DNA of 64,000 bases from Methylotenera sp. (GCA_046595335.1 JBKJOT010000109.1:21006-85005); one strand, 5' to 3'; counted from the first letter of the stretch, positions 11,648 to 21,842 are shown. Notes: generated by a model from the letters alone, not told the origin. Program-made: numbers and translations.

Positions 11648-11650
11648 CAT

Positions 11651-11668
11651 TAAATATTGCAATATTTA
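11651..11668. promoter_or_regulatory. Perfect 18-bp palindrome, candidate operator upstream of the HTH-argA gene
   Basis: TAAATATTGCAATATTTA is its own reverse complement. It lies 54 nt upstream of ATG 11722 in an AT-rich spacer that also carries ATATT(T)ACA-like repeats. Confidence 0.4.
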
Positions 11669-11721
11669 CATAAATATATTAATATAATGTAAATATTACA
11701 TATTATTACACAGGTTAGCTC

Positions 11722-13335
11722 ATGTCATTAGGTGCATCTATACGCAAACGTCGCAAGTCGCTAAATATCACATTGCAATCACTGGCAAGCCAAATACAGG
11801 CAGATGCCGGCAATCTGTCACGCATAGAACGCAGTGAACTCGGCATCTCTGAAAGCATGTTGCGCAAGGTCGCCGAAGCATTGAATTGTTCGCCTGCATA
11901 CCTGTATACACAAAGCGAAGATGTATTCAGTGCGCAGGAAAATTCTCAGCCATACCTGGTCAATTCTATAAGCAATAACAAACCGACAACGAACAAAAGG
12001 CCGCATGTATTGGCCAAAGATTTCGTCCATTGGTTTCGCTCTGCCACACCTTACATTCATGCGTTTGGGGGGCGAACATTCGTGATTGCCTTTGGCGGTG
12101 AGGTGGTCGATGACAAGCAATTCGTAGCACTTTCCCATGACTTGAATCTGCTAGCCAGTCTAGAAGTAAGGCTGGTGTTGGTACATGGTGCTAGGCCACA
12201 AATTGAACACCGGCTGAGACGTGCAAAGCTGAAAACCAAGCTGGTTAATGGCTTGCGGATCACTGATGACGATGCTATGGAGGCAGTAAAAGAAGCTAAT
12301 GGTGCAATTCGGGTAGAAATCGAAGCCTTACTTTCCATGGGACTAGTGAACTCGCCCATGGCAGGTTCCGACATTCGGGTTGCAAGCGGCAACTTTGTAA
12401 CCGCCAAACCGCTGGGCGTGCGCGATGGTATTGATTTGCAACACACCGGCGAAGTACGGCGTGTGGATGCAATCGGCATACAAAAACGGTTGGATGATGG
12501 CGAACTGGTGATGCTCTCCCCGCTTGGTTATTCGCCTACAGGTGAGGCTTTCAACTTAAGCTTGGAAGACGTCGCCGTGAGCGCTGCAATTGCGCTGGAT
12601 GCAGACAAACTTATTTTCTTGATGGATTCTGAAGGTGTACATAACTTGCGCGGTGAATTGCTACGTGAAATGACTGCCGAGAAAGCTAAAAATCTATTGC
12701 GGAATGTGCAAGATAACGAACAGGCCATCAATATATCGGAGGACATTAATTATTACCTGCCAGCCGCAATTAGGGCTTGTGAGCATGGGGTAGCACGTAC
12801 CCATTTGATTTCACGACATATCGACGGCGCCATTATCCAAGAGCTGTTTACGCATGATGGTATCGGCACCATGATTACCGAGCTTAGCCTCGAAAACATG
12901 CGCCAGGCTGATATTGATGATGTAGGTGGTATCTTGAAACTGATTGAGCCCCTTGAAAATGAGGGAATTTTGGTGCGTCGTGGCCGTGAACGCATCGAAA
13001 TGGAAATCAATCATTTTTATGTGATGGAACATGACGGACGGGTAATCGGTTGTGCTGCGCTTTATCCTTTTAGCGAAGAGAAAACTGCAGAATTCGCCTG
13101 CCTAGCCATAGACTCTGCCTATAGAGGCGGTGGCCGTGGCGATAAGCTATTCAATTATTGCCAAGAACAGGCGCGGGAAAAAGGCTGCAAAAGCCTGTTT
13201 TGCTTAACGACTCACACGGAACATTGGTTTCTAGAGCGCGGTTTTATTGAGAAAAGTGTAGAAACCTTACCCGCGCAAAAGCAAAGTTTGTATAACTACC
13301 AGCGGAAATCTAAAGTCTTTTACAAAGCACTTTAA
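11722..13335 (+). CDS. argA: N-acetylglutamate synthase (amino-acid kinase fold plus GNAT) with an in-frame N-terminal XRE-type helix-turn-helix domain
   Basis: 537 aa. Residues 1-62 look like an HTH_XRE domain (IRKRRKSLNITLQSLASQIQADAGNLSRIERSE..ISESMLRKVAEALNCSPAYLY). A low-complexity linker follows, then canonical ArgA (FRSATPYIHAFGGRTFVIAFGGE...VLVHGARPQI...) and a C-terminal GNAT domain. Confidence 0.8.
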   Translation: MSLGASIRKRRKSLNITLQSLASQIQADAGNLSRIERSELGISESMLRKVAEALNCSPAYLYTQSEDVFSAQENSQPYLVNSISNNKPTTNKRPHVLAKDFVHWFRSATPYIHAFGGRTFVIAFGGEVVDDKQFVALSHDLNLLASLEVRLVLVHGARPQIEHRLRRAKLKTKLVNGLRITDDDAMEAVKEANGAIRVEIEALLSMGLVNSPMAGSDIRVASGNFVTAKPLGVRDGIDLQHTGEVRRVDAIGIQKRLDDGELVMLSPLGYSPTGEAFNLSLEDVAVSAAIALDADKLIFLMDSEGVHNLRGELLREMTAEKAKNLLRNVQDNEQAINISEDINYYLPAAIRACEHGVARTHLISRHIDGAIIQELFTHDGIGTMITELSLENMRQADIDDVGGILKLIEPLENEGILVRRGRERIEMEINHFYVMEHDGRVIGCAALYPFSEEKTAEFACLAIDSAYRGGGRGDKLFNYCQEQAREKGCKSLFCLTTHTEHWFLERGFIEKSVETLPAQKQSLYNYQRKSKVFYKAL

Positions 13336-13394
13336 TAAATCCAGTTGAATGATTTTGGTTAGGGTTTGATACAATTCCATCCATATAAAATTAA

Positions 13395-14303
<909 letters not shown>

Positions 14304-14430
14304 TTTTTGGCTTCCATTTCATCGCTGAATACTGCGTTGACTGCCTCACTTACAGCTTGCCGTGGCAAATGCACTGTATGCACCGCTCTTTCCTTGTCGC
14401 CTTGTTTTAGCTTTGAACTTAGGTTGCATT

Positions 14431-15063
14431 ATGTCTAATCGAGTTTGGGTGTTTGACTTAGACGACACCCTCCACAACGCTTCCGCGCATATCTTTCCCG
14501 TGATGAATCGCGCCATGACGCAATACATCATGGATCACCTAAAAGTAGATGAACCCGCCGCTTACCAATTGCGCCAACATTATTGGCGCGTCTATGGTGC
14601 AACGCTCAAAGGCCTGATGCGCCATCATGGCGTTGACCCCTATCATTTCCTGCATGAGACCCACCAATTAATCACCTTGCCAGAAATGGTTTTACAAACC
14701 AAACGTCTGCGCTATATGTTACAAACCTTACACGGGCGCAAGGTTATATTTACCAATGCGCCACGTAGCTATGCGCTACGCGTGCTGGATTTATTGGGCA
14801 TAGGGGATTGTTTTGAACTGGTGTTCAGTGTGGAATCCGCACGGTTTCATGCCAAACCTTCGGTGCGTGGCTTTCAGGGTTTACTCAAAATAATCAAAGC
14901 CAAACCTAGTGATTGCATCATGCTGGAAGACAGCCTGCCAGCCCTTATGACCGCTAAACGACTGGGTATGAAAACTATCTGGGTAAGCCGCCGTTTACAT
15001 AAGCCTAACTATGTAGATAAAAGAATCAACGGGGTGTTAGCACTTACTCACATTCAGCTATAA
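14431..15063 (+). CDS. HAD-superfamily pyrimidine 5'-nucleotidase-like hydrolase
   Basis: VWVFDLDDTLH is HAD motif I. I place the start at ATG 14431; the ORF-track start at 14362 is a GTG that adds a non-conserved-looking extension. Confidence 0.75.
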   Translation: MSNRVWVFDLDDTLHNASAHIFPVMNRAMTQYIMDHLKVDEPAAYQLRQHYWRVYGATLKGLMRHHGVDPYHFLHETHQLITLPEMVLQTKRLRYMLQTLHGRKVIFTNAPRSYALRVLDLLGIGDCFELVFSVESARFHAKPSVRGFQGLLKIIKAKPSDCIMLEDSLPALMTAKRLGMKTIWVSRRLHKPNYVDKRINGVLALTHIQL

Positions 15064-15120
15064 TCTTCAAAAGAGTGATATCAATATCCATAATTAATAA
15101 CAACTCAGGGAGGAGAAACG

Positions 15121-15678
15121 ATGGCCGGCGAACGCAAACAGCAAATCTTGGAAACTCTGGCAAAAATGCTGGAATCCCCCAAACGTGAAAAAATCACTAC
15201 GGCTTCTTTAGCAGCAAAACTGGATGTTTCGGAAGCGGCACTTTACCGTCATTTTGCTAATAAGGCGCAAATGTTTGAAGGCCTGATTGAGTTTATAGAA
15301 GAGACTATTTTTGGTCTCATCAATAAAATCAGCACCGAAGAAACAGACGGCCAAAAGCAAATTCAACGCATCATCACCATGTTATTGGCTTTCGCTGAAA
15401 AAAATGCGGGGATGACGCGCGTGCTGATTGGCGATGCGCTGGTGAATGAAGATGACAGCTTGCAATTGCGTATTAACCAGCTATATGACCGTATTGAAGT
15501 CACGCTCAAGCAAAGCCTGCGCATTGCCGAAACGCAAATCGGTAATCAGGGTGATATTGAAGCCAAAGCCAACTTGCTTATTTGTTTGGTCATCGGCCGC
15601 TGGCATCAATATGCGAAGAGTGGTTTTAAGCGTAAACCTATGGAATTTGCGCAGCAGCAATTAACGGTATTAGCTTAA
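15121..15678 (+). CDS. slmA: TetR-family nucleoid occlusion factor SlmA
   Basis: 185 aa. ILETLAKMLESP...ITTASLAAKLDVSEAALYRHFANKAQMFEGLIEFIEE closely parallels the E. coli SlmA N-terminus. A strong RBS, GGGAGGAG, precedes the start. Confidence 0.8.
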   Translation: MAGERKQQILETLAKMLESPKREKITTASLAAKLDVSEAALYRHFANKAQMFEGLIEFIEETIFGLINKISTEETDGQKQIQRIITMLLAFAEKNAGMTRVLIGDALVNEDDSLQLRINQLYDRIEVTLKQSLRIAETQIGNQGDIEAKANLLICLVIGRWHQYAKSGFKRKPMEFAQQQLTVLA

Positions 15679-15734
15679 TTTAACTGGGCGTATTACCCTA
15701 TAAATCGATCATTTATTAAACGCACCTAATTAAA

Positions 15735-15760
15735 AAGCCAGCTTTCGCTGGCTTCTTTTA
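15735..15760. terminator. Bidirectional terminator between slmA and the His-rich protein gene
   Basis: Hairpin AAGCCAGC-TTTC-GCTGGCTT flanked by A- and T-runs. Confidence 0.65.
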
Positions 15761-15776
15761 TTACTGCTTTAACTAG

Positions 15777-16313
15777 TTAGTGATTACCTTTGCCTTTTCC
15801 GTTGCCATGACTATCATGTCCATGGTCATTGTCTCTACCTCCGTGGTCATCACCTCCATGGTTGTCTCTACCACCGTGGTCATTGTCTCTACCTCCGTGA
15901 TCATCTCTACCATGATCATCACGTTTGTAGCCTTGTTTACCCCAGTAGTCACGATCATAGCGCCTGCCATCATCACCATGCTCTGAATAGGTACGGTATC
16001 TAGGTATATAAACTTGGTTGTACCAGTTATCTTGTACAAAATACACTGGCCTGTCGCATGCATTGTATCTATCACAATATCTAGACCAACGTTTAGCATG
16101 ACCTGGTGGCACATGTAGATACAACGGACGTACCTCATAAGGCGCCACATGGATAATACGCGGTTGATCGTAAATCAACTGTGGTCTTGGGTAATAGTCA
16201 CCGATATCAAGCTGGCCATAAAATCCGGGTTGGCCAATAGATACTGATACTCCGGCTTGTGCGACAGGAATGGATAATACTATCGCGGCTGCGAGTAAAT
16301 ATTTTTTCATCAT
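15777..16313 (-). CDS. Secreted hypothetical protein with a C-terminal His/Asp/Gly/Arg-rich repeat tail
   Basis: 178 aa. Signal peptide MMKKYLLAAAIVLSIPVAQA, a Pro/Tyr/Arg-rich middle region and the tail DDHGRDDHGGRDNDHGGRDNHGGDDHGGRDNDHGHDSHGNGKGKGNH. RBS AAGAGG lies upstream. Confidence 0.6.
   Translation of the reverse strand: MMKKYLLAAAIVLSIPVAQAGVSVSIGQPGFYGQLDIGDYYPRPQLIYDQPRIIHVAPYEVRPLYLHVPPGHAKRWSRYCDRYNACDRPVYFVQDNWYNQVYIPRYRTYSEHGDDGRRYDRDYWGKQGYKRDDHGRDDHGGRDNDHGGRDNHGGDDHGGRDNDHGHDSHGNGKGKGNH
15824..15899. repeat. Intragenic tandem-like repeats encoding the DHGGRDN units
   Basis: The 22-nt string GGTCATTGTCTCTACCTCCGTG occurs exactly at 15824-15845 and 15878-15899, a 54-nt period, with degenerate copies in between. 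Confidence 0.7.
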
Positions 16314-16466
16314 TAACCTCTTTATAATTTTGATAGTAGCGCAGACATCACGATACTGCTATTTAACGGGTTGGAAGGAATTAAGTTGACATATTACTTC
16401 TGTAAGACACGAGCTATGGTAAGAAGTTGTTATGTGTCCAATATACTTGGTTAGTGCAGGTTGATG

Positions 16467-17684
16467 CTAGGAAATAGCTTCGGTGATGGCTTTGACTCTA
16501 GCTTCGAATATAGCCTGCTTGATTTTCTCGGTTTCCGTATACTGTTTTGCGATCACCCCGGCATCCACACTTAATGCAGCTTGCAATATCTTTTTCATCA
16601 AGTCCGCAGCAGGTGTAGTGCAATCTTCATAGCCAGTACGGCCACGGGAATCAGCCTCGCAAGCTTTTAGAAAGTCATCGAACCTTGCAGGTTGGCGTAT
16701 AGCGTCCAACTGCATTAAAAAATCCAGCAAAGTACTAGGCTTCATTTGCGGCGCTTGATGTAATTTGCCATGGAACTTGGCAACGATATGCGCCAGTTCT
16801 TTGCAATCATTCGGTACCCGTAAGCGCTTACTTACGTCTTTTAATAAGCTTACGCTGCGTTCTTCGTGGGCAATGTGTCTGGGTAATATATCCGCTGGCG
16901 TAGTGCCTTTACCTAAGTCATGAGTAAGGGCAGCAAAGCGTACAGGCAGGCTAAAATGCTGTTTTGCAGCGTAATCGATGACCATCATTACATGGATACC
17001 GGTATCGACCTCCGGATGATGCTGTGGCGGCTGCGGCACTCCCCAAAGCCTGTTTAACTCGGGCAATATCTTTTGCAAAGCACCACACTCGCGTAGCACT
17101 TCAAACATACGTGAAGGTTTATCTTCCATCAAACCTTTTGCTAGCTCTTGCCAAACACGCTCAGGCACCAGGGCATCGACCTCACCGGCTACAACCATTT
17201 GCTTCATTAATGCCATGGTTTCAGGGGCGACAGTAAAATCGTTAAACCGTGCCGCAAAACGTGCTGTCCGTAAAATACGAACAGGGTCTTCGGCAAATGC
17301 GGCGCTAACGTGACGCAGGGTTTTGGATTTGATATCTGCAATACCATTGAAGGGGTCTATCAGCTTGCCATCTGCATCTTTGGCTATCGCATTTATTGTC
17401 AAGTCGCGGCGGGCAAGATCTTCTTCCAGCGTAACTTCAGGTGATGCATGAACCACAAAGCCTTTATAGCCTTTGGCGGTTTTACGCTCGGTACGCGCCA
17501 ATGCATATTCTTCATGGGTCTTGGGGTGCAAGAATACCGGAAAATCCTTGCCTACCGATTTGTAACCTGCGATCAGCATGGCTTCTACCGTGCTGCCGAC
17601 CACCACATGGTCATGATCTTTGACTGCTAAGCCTAAGAGCTCATCGCGAACCGCGCCGCCCACTACATAGGTTTGCATAGCCAT
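16467..17684 (-). CDS. cca: Multifunctional CCA-adding enzyme (tRNA nucleotidyltransferase with HD domain)
   Basis: 405 aa. The YVVGGAVRDELLG, DLxRRDLTINA and HDLGK motifs are present. Confidence 0.9.
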   Translation of the reverse strand: MAMQTYVVGGAVRDELLGLAVKDHDHVVVGSTVEAMLIAGYKSVGKDFPVFLHPKTHEEYALARTERKTAKGYKGFVVHASPEVTLEEDLARRDLTINAIAKDADGKLIDPFNGIADIKSKTLRHVSAAFAEDPVRILRTARFAARFNDFTVAPETMALMKQMVVAGEVDALVPERVWQELAKGLMEDKPSRMFEVLRECGALQKILPELNRLWGVPQPPQHHPEVDTGIHVMMVIDYAAKQHFSLPVRFAALTHDLGKGTTPADILPRHIAHEERSVSLLKDVSKRLRVPNDCKELAHIVAKFHGKLHQAPQMKPSTLLDFLMQLDAIRQPARFDDFLKACEADSRGRTGYEDCTTPAADLMKKILQAALSVDAGVIAKQYTETEKIKQAIFEARVKAITEAIS

Positions 17685-17694
17685 TTTGTGTTAA

Positions 17695-18645
17695 CTAGTG
17701 CCAGGCTGCTGAACTGCGGAAACGGTCATAAGCGCCTCGCGGTGTCTGGTTGACCAGATATTCAGGAATCACCGCTTCTAGCGCTGTAGGCGTAATAGCA
17801 AAAATTGCTGGAAATGTCGCAGTACTAACGCTATCGACTTCCATCGATTTGACGTTATCACGCGACATGAGCTTACCAGGCAATATTTCCATCAGGAATG
17901 CCTGTGCATACGACAGGCTATCGTTCAGGCCAATGATAGGCCGTTGGATACGCAAGGTATCCATGATGGTTTGAACCAGTGCACGGAAGGTATAGACTTT
18001 TGGTCCAGCCAGTTCATAAGTCATACCATAGGTATCAGAATCTTCCAGGCAACGGACAAAACATGCCGCCACATCTTCCACCCAAACCGGTTGGAATTTG
18101 ACTTCAGGTTTCGCAAGTAGGATGACCGGCATGAGCTTGATTAATGTGGCAAACAGGTTAATAAAGCTATCGCCACGGCCAAAGATAATCGATGGCTTGA
18201 AAATAGTGATATTAAGCTTATCTTGGAAATTCGCTAATGCAGCTTCACCTGCAGATTTCGATTGCAGATACTGGCTAAGTGCAGTTTTGCTAGCACCAAG
18301 GCTGCTCATATGCACGAGGCGTTTAATACCTAGATCAGCACAGATCTTTGCCAACTGGGCCGGCAGTTGATGGTGCATGGTATTAAAAGTAGTACGGCGG
18401 TTTTGCTGCAGAATGCCGATGAGGTTGATAACTGCATCCATGCCGCGTAATGCAGAGTTAAGCGCGTGGTAATCCATCACGTCGCATTCCACTACTGTTA
18501 CATTTGGAAGTAGAATCAGGTGCCTGACCGCTTCACGGCGACGGGTGAGTACTTTTACGCTATAACCTGCTGCCTCTAACTTGGCAACTATCGCACTGCC
18601 GACAAACCCTGAACCGCCTAATACGCAAATCTCTTTTAACTGCAT
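17695..18645 (-). CDS. NAD(P)H-binding SDR, complex I NDUFA9-like family
   Basis: 316 aa. N-terminal VLGGSGFVGSAIV Rossmann motif; overall resemblance to NDUFA9/atypical SDR proteins. Confidence 0.8.
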   Translation of the reverse strand: MQLKEICVLGGSGFVGSAIVAKLEAAGYSVKVLTRRREAVRHLILLPNVTVVECDVMDYHALNSALRGMDAVINLIGILQQNRRTTFNTMHHQLPAQLAKICADLGIKRLVHMSSLGASKTALSQYLQSKSAGEAALANFQDKLNITIFKPSIIFGRGDSFINLFATLIKLMPVILLAKPEVKFQPVWVEDVAACFVRCLEDSDTYGMTYELAGPKVYTFRALVQTIMDTLRIQRPIIGLNDSLSYAQAFLMEILPGKLMSRDNVKSMEVDSVSTATFPAIFAITPTALEAVIPEYLVNQTPRGAYDRFRSSAAWH

Positions 18646-18657
18646 CTCAACCTCAAT

Positions 18658-20643
18658 TTATTCGTTGTCTTCTTCAGTTTCATCTATTCTACCGCTACCC
18701 GGAATCATACCGATACGTGCCTTGAGCGACTGTATTGGTTTACCCAGGCGGCCAGCATAGATGTGGGCATTCGCCATAACTTTTTGCACATAGTTGCGCG
18801 TCTCTGAGAACGGGATGGTTTCAATATAGATCGCCGCCTCCAGAGGTTTAGGCGCCATCCAGCGTTTAGCACGGCTGGGCCCGGCATTATAGGCGGCTGT
18901 AGCCATCACTGCCTGACCATTCATCAAATCTAAAGTATGGCGCATATAGTAAGTGCCAATTTCGATATTGGTATTCAAGTCGTGAATTTTTTCATTACTG
19001 TAACTACTCAAGCCTAGGCGCTTAGCCACCCATTTTGCCGTCGCTGGCATAAGTTGCATCAATCCTGAAGCACCTACGCCGGATTTGGCGTAATGCATAA
19101 ATCTGCTTTCTTGCCGCGTCAAACCATATATCCAGGCTTCGTCTACGTTCATTTCGGCGGCGGAGTTTTTAATCAAATCGCGATATGGTGTGGGATAACG
19201 CAGGTTAAAGTCATGGATTTGTCTGGTGTTATCTGCGGTAGTGATGGCGATGTCGTACCATTTCTGGCGAGCGGCATATTCAGCTGCTGCCAGTAACTGC
19301 TTATCGTCAAAATTGCGAGTGGCCCAAACCCATTCTGATTTTGCCTCCCAGCGCATATCAAGGCGTTGCAACTCAAAAGCACGCTTTATCGCAGGCAGGC
19401 TAGCAACCGCGGTCACTTCGTTATCGGTAGGGGTGTAATGTTCCTCAGGTGCGCTCATTAGGCTTTCCAACTCCTCTGCCGCCAGCCAGCCATAATAATG
19501 TCGCTCTTTTGAGAGTTGGCTGAAAATCGCATTAGCCTCTACCGCTTGGCCTTGTTCTCTTAAGGCACGAGCCTTCCAGTAACGCCAAGCGCTTTCTTCC
19601 TGCTGCTTGGGCTGCATCACTGCAATAACTGCAATAACTGTAGACCAATCATTCGACCTGAGCGCGGCACGTGCTTTCCAGGCAAGCTGCTCTTTATCCA
19701 GATGGCTAGTACCTGCCAGCAGGTAAAGATCCAGCGCTTCAGGAGAATGAGCGCGTGCTGCATGATAGGCCATTCGCCCCCAGGCAAAAGCGCGGTTGTC
19801 CACATCAAACGTATTCTGTGCTTTACGGAAACTAATCATGGCCTCATCCAGCTTGGTACGCGCAAGATGGTCTAAGGCAAATAAATTAACCTCCATCCCG
19901 AAACGAGACTTGTTAGAAACGAGTTTTTTTTCAAGCATGGCTTGCGGTGACTGGTAAGCCTTATCTAGCCACTTGATGCTGGAATTATCGATAGGCAAGC
20001 GGGTTGCGATATTTTTTGCCAACGGCAACTTGCCCTCTTGCAGTGCCATTCTAAATCTTGCCCAGATATCATCCGTCGTCAATCCGCCTTTTTTCTGCTC
20101 AATATTAAAGACCTGGTCGCAGTTACTTGGCAAGTCTGTCGTCGTCATCCACAGCGCTTTTACCTGGCTGGAAATGTCCATGTCTTCCAACTGGCTGTGA
20201 CCCAACAAGGCTGAACATTGTACCAAAGGATCGTCTCGCTTGAAGTTAGCGTATTGCTCAAAAAATAAGGGCCAATTCTGTTGCTTACCCAGCTTTTTCA
20301 ACCACTCGCCGCGTAAACGGTCGGCGAAAGGAAAGTCTGCATATTTATTTAGGAATGCCTGTGCCTCTGCGTTGCCTTCTACCGAATTATCGAAGTTATC
20401 CAGCTTAAGTAGCATGAGCCAATAATCGGCATAGGGTGCTAACAGGTATTCTTGAGATTTTAGCTGCGCAACATCTTCGCTCAGCGCGATTTCATTTTTG
20501 GCAGCATAAGATGCTCGGGCATGCTGGAATATGGCCTCATCCGACATTGCCCAAGCATGGTTAGCTAACAACATAGAAAAAGCCACAGCAGCGAAGCTAG
20601 CTCTAGCAAAGGTGATTAGGCTGGTTATGATGGATTTAGACAT
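18658..20643 (-). CDS. slt: Soluble lytic murein transglycosylase (Slt70-like)
   Basis: 661 aa. Signal peptide, a long alpha-superhelical N-terminal region and the C-terminal SLT catalytic motif ESRF...SGVGASGLMQLMPATA...AAYNAGP. Confidence 0.9.
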   Translation of the reverse strand: MSKSIITSLITFARASFAAVAFSMLLANHAWAMSDEAIFQHARASYAAKNEIALSEDVAQLKSQEYLLAPYADYWLMLLKLDNFDNSVEGNAEAQAFLNKYADFPFADRLRGEWLKKLGKQQNWPLFFEQYANFKRDDPLVQCSALLGHSQLEDMDISSQVKALWMTTTDLPSNCDQVFNIEQKKGGLTTDDIWARFRMALQEGKLPLAKNIATRLPIDNSSIKWLDKAYQSPQAMLEKKLVSNKSRFGMEVNLFALDHLARTKLDEAMISFRKAQNTFDVDNRAFAWGRMAYHAARAHSPEALDLYLLAGTSHLDKEQLAWKARAALRSNDWSTVIAVIAVMQPKQQEESAWRYWKARALREQGQAVEANAIFSQLSKERHYYGWLAAEELESLMSAPEEHYTPTDNEVTAVASLPAIKRAFELQRLDMRWEAKSEWVWATRNFDDKQLLAAAEYAARQKWYDIAITTADNTRQIHDFNLRYPTPYRDLIKNSAAEMNVDEAWIYGLTRQESRFMHYAKSGVGASGLMQLMPATAKWVAKRLGLSSYSNEKIHDLNTNIEIGTYYMRHTLDLMNGQAVMATAAYNAGPSRAKRWMAPKPLEAAIYIETIPFSETRNYVQKVMANAHIYAGRLGKPIQSLKARIGMIPGSGRIDETEEDNE

Positions 20644-20819
20644 TAGATGATGTAACGCAACACAAACAATACAGCGACTACAAACGCTAAATAAATGGTG
20701 TACTTCAAGACCCGTTTAAAATAGTCCAAGTATTTTTTGTCATTAAAAACCAGGTACAAACCTAACAGTACCATGGCGGTAATGACCAGCAGAACTAGTA
20801 TTAGGCGAATCATTAACAT
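20643..20819 (-). CDS. Small predicted two-helix membrane protein (58 aa), below the ORF-track length cutoff
   Basis: Hand translation: MLMIRLILVLLVITAMVLLGLYLVFNDKKYLDYFKRVLKYTIYLAFVVAVLFVLRYII. AGGGG lies about 8 nt upstream of the ATG. Its TAA stop overlaps the slt ATG (TAATG). Confidence 0.45.
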   Translation of the reverse strand: MLMIRLILVLLVITAMVLLGLYLVFNDKKYLDYFKRVLKYTIYLAFVVAVLFVLRYII

Positions 20820-20912
20820 AGCACGCCCCTGTATTTATTATTCGGTTTGTAATTATTGTTGTTTAAAACTAAACTAGTAGTAAAGCAATAAACCAGTCTT
20901 AATAAATCGGTT

Positions 20913-21842
20913 TTAGTAAATGGGTTCAGGCATCAACTGCCTACTTTGTGATAAAAATGCATTTGGCGCATCTTCATTTTTTTCAAATGTGACATATTCC
21001 CAAGCAGTTTCATCCTGCAACAAGGCGCGTAATAATTGGTTATTCAAGGAATGGCCGGATTTGTATGCATAGAACGCACCCAGAATAGGGTGGCCTAACA
21101 TATACAAATCGCCAATCGCATCAAGTACTTTATGTTTAGCGAACTCATCGTCGTAACGCAAACCGTCAGAATTCAACACGCGATATTCATCTAAAACAAT
21201 CGCATTGTCCAAACTACCACCTCGCGCCAAGCCATTAGAGCGCAGATATTCAACTTCATGCATGAAGCCGAATGTGCGAGCACGGCTGATTTCTTTGATA
21301 TAAGAATCGGCAGCAAAATCGATTTTTACATTGTTGCCGGAATGCTCAAACACCGGGTGCGTAAAGTTGATTGTGAAATCGATTTTGAAGCCATGATAAG
21401 GCTCAAAACGCACCCATTTATCGCCTTCAATCACTTCCACTATTTTTGTTACGCGTATAAATTTCTTCGCCGCCCCCTGTTCAACAATACCAGCTTGCTG
21501 CAACAGGAATACAAAGGGACCCGAACTACCGTCCATGATCGGTATTTCAGAAGCATTGACATCAATATAAACGTTGTCGATACCCAAGCCTGCCAATGCA
21601 GACATCAGGTGCTCTACCGTTGCAACGCGTGCGCCATTCTCTTCCAGCGCAGAACACATACGTGTGTCATGTACGGCTTGTGGCGTGGCCTTGATTTCAT
21701 TGGGCTGAGGCAGATCAACCCGCGTGAAAACAATACCGGTATCAGGTGCAGCGGGGCGCAGGGTAAGAGTAACCTTTTCGCCGTTATGCAAGCCAACGCC
21801 AGTCGCGCTAATTGCTTTTTTTAATGTACGTTGCTTTAACAT
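20913..21842 (-). CDS. lpxC: UDP-3-O-acyl-N-acetylglucosamine deacetylase
   Basis: 309 aa. MLKQRTLKK...[10 protein letters not shown]...TVEHLMSAL motifs. Confidence 0.95.
   Translation of the reverse strand: MLKQRTLKKAISATGVGLHNGEKVTLTLRPAAPDTGIVFTRVDLPQPNEIKATPQAVHDTRMCSALEENGARVATVEHLMSALAGLGIDNVYIDVNASEIPIMDGSSGPFVFLLQQAGIVEQGAAKKFIRVTKIVEVIEGDKWVRFEPYHGFKIDFTINFTHPVFEHSGNNVKIDFAADSYIKEISRARTFGFMHEVEYLRSNGLARGGSLDNAIVLDEYRVLNSDGLRYDDEFAKHKVLDAIGDLYMLGHPILGAFYAYKSGHSLNNQLLRALLQDETAWEYVTFEKNEDAPNAFLSQSRQLMPEPIY

Noticed and set aside
15773-16150. Alternative-frame ORFs (15773-16150 minus, 15780-15986 plus) over the His-rich repeat region
   Set aside because: They are by-products of the repetitive DNA and have no signal peptide or RBS. 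The 15777-16313 frame has both, so it is preferred.
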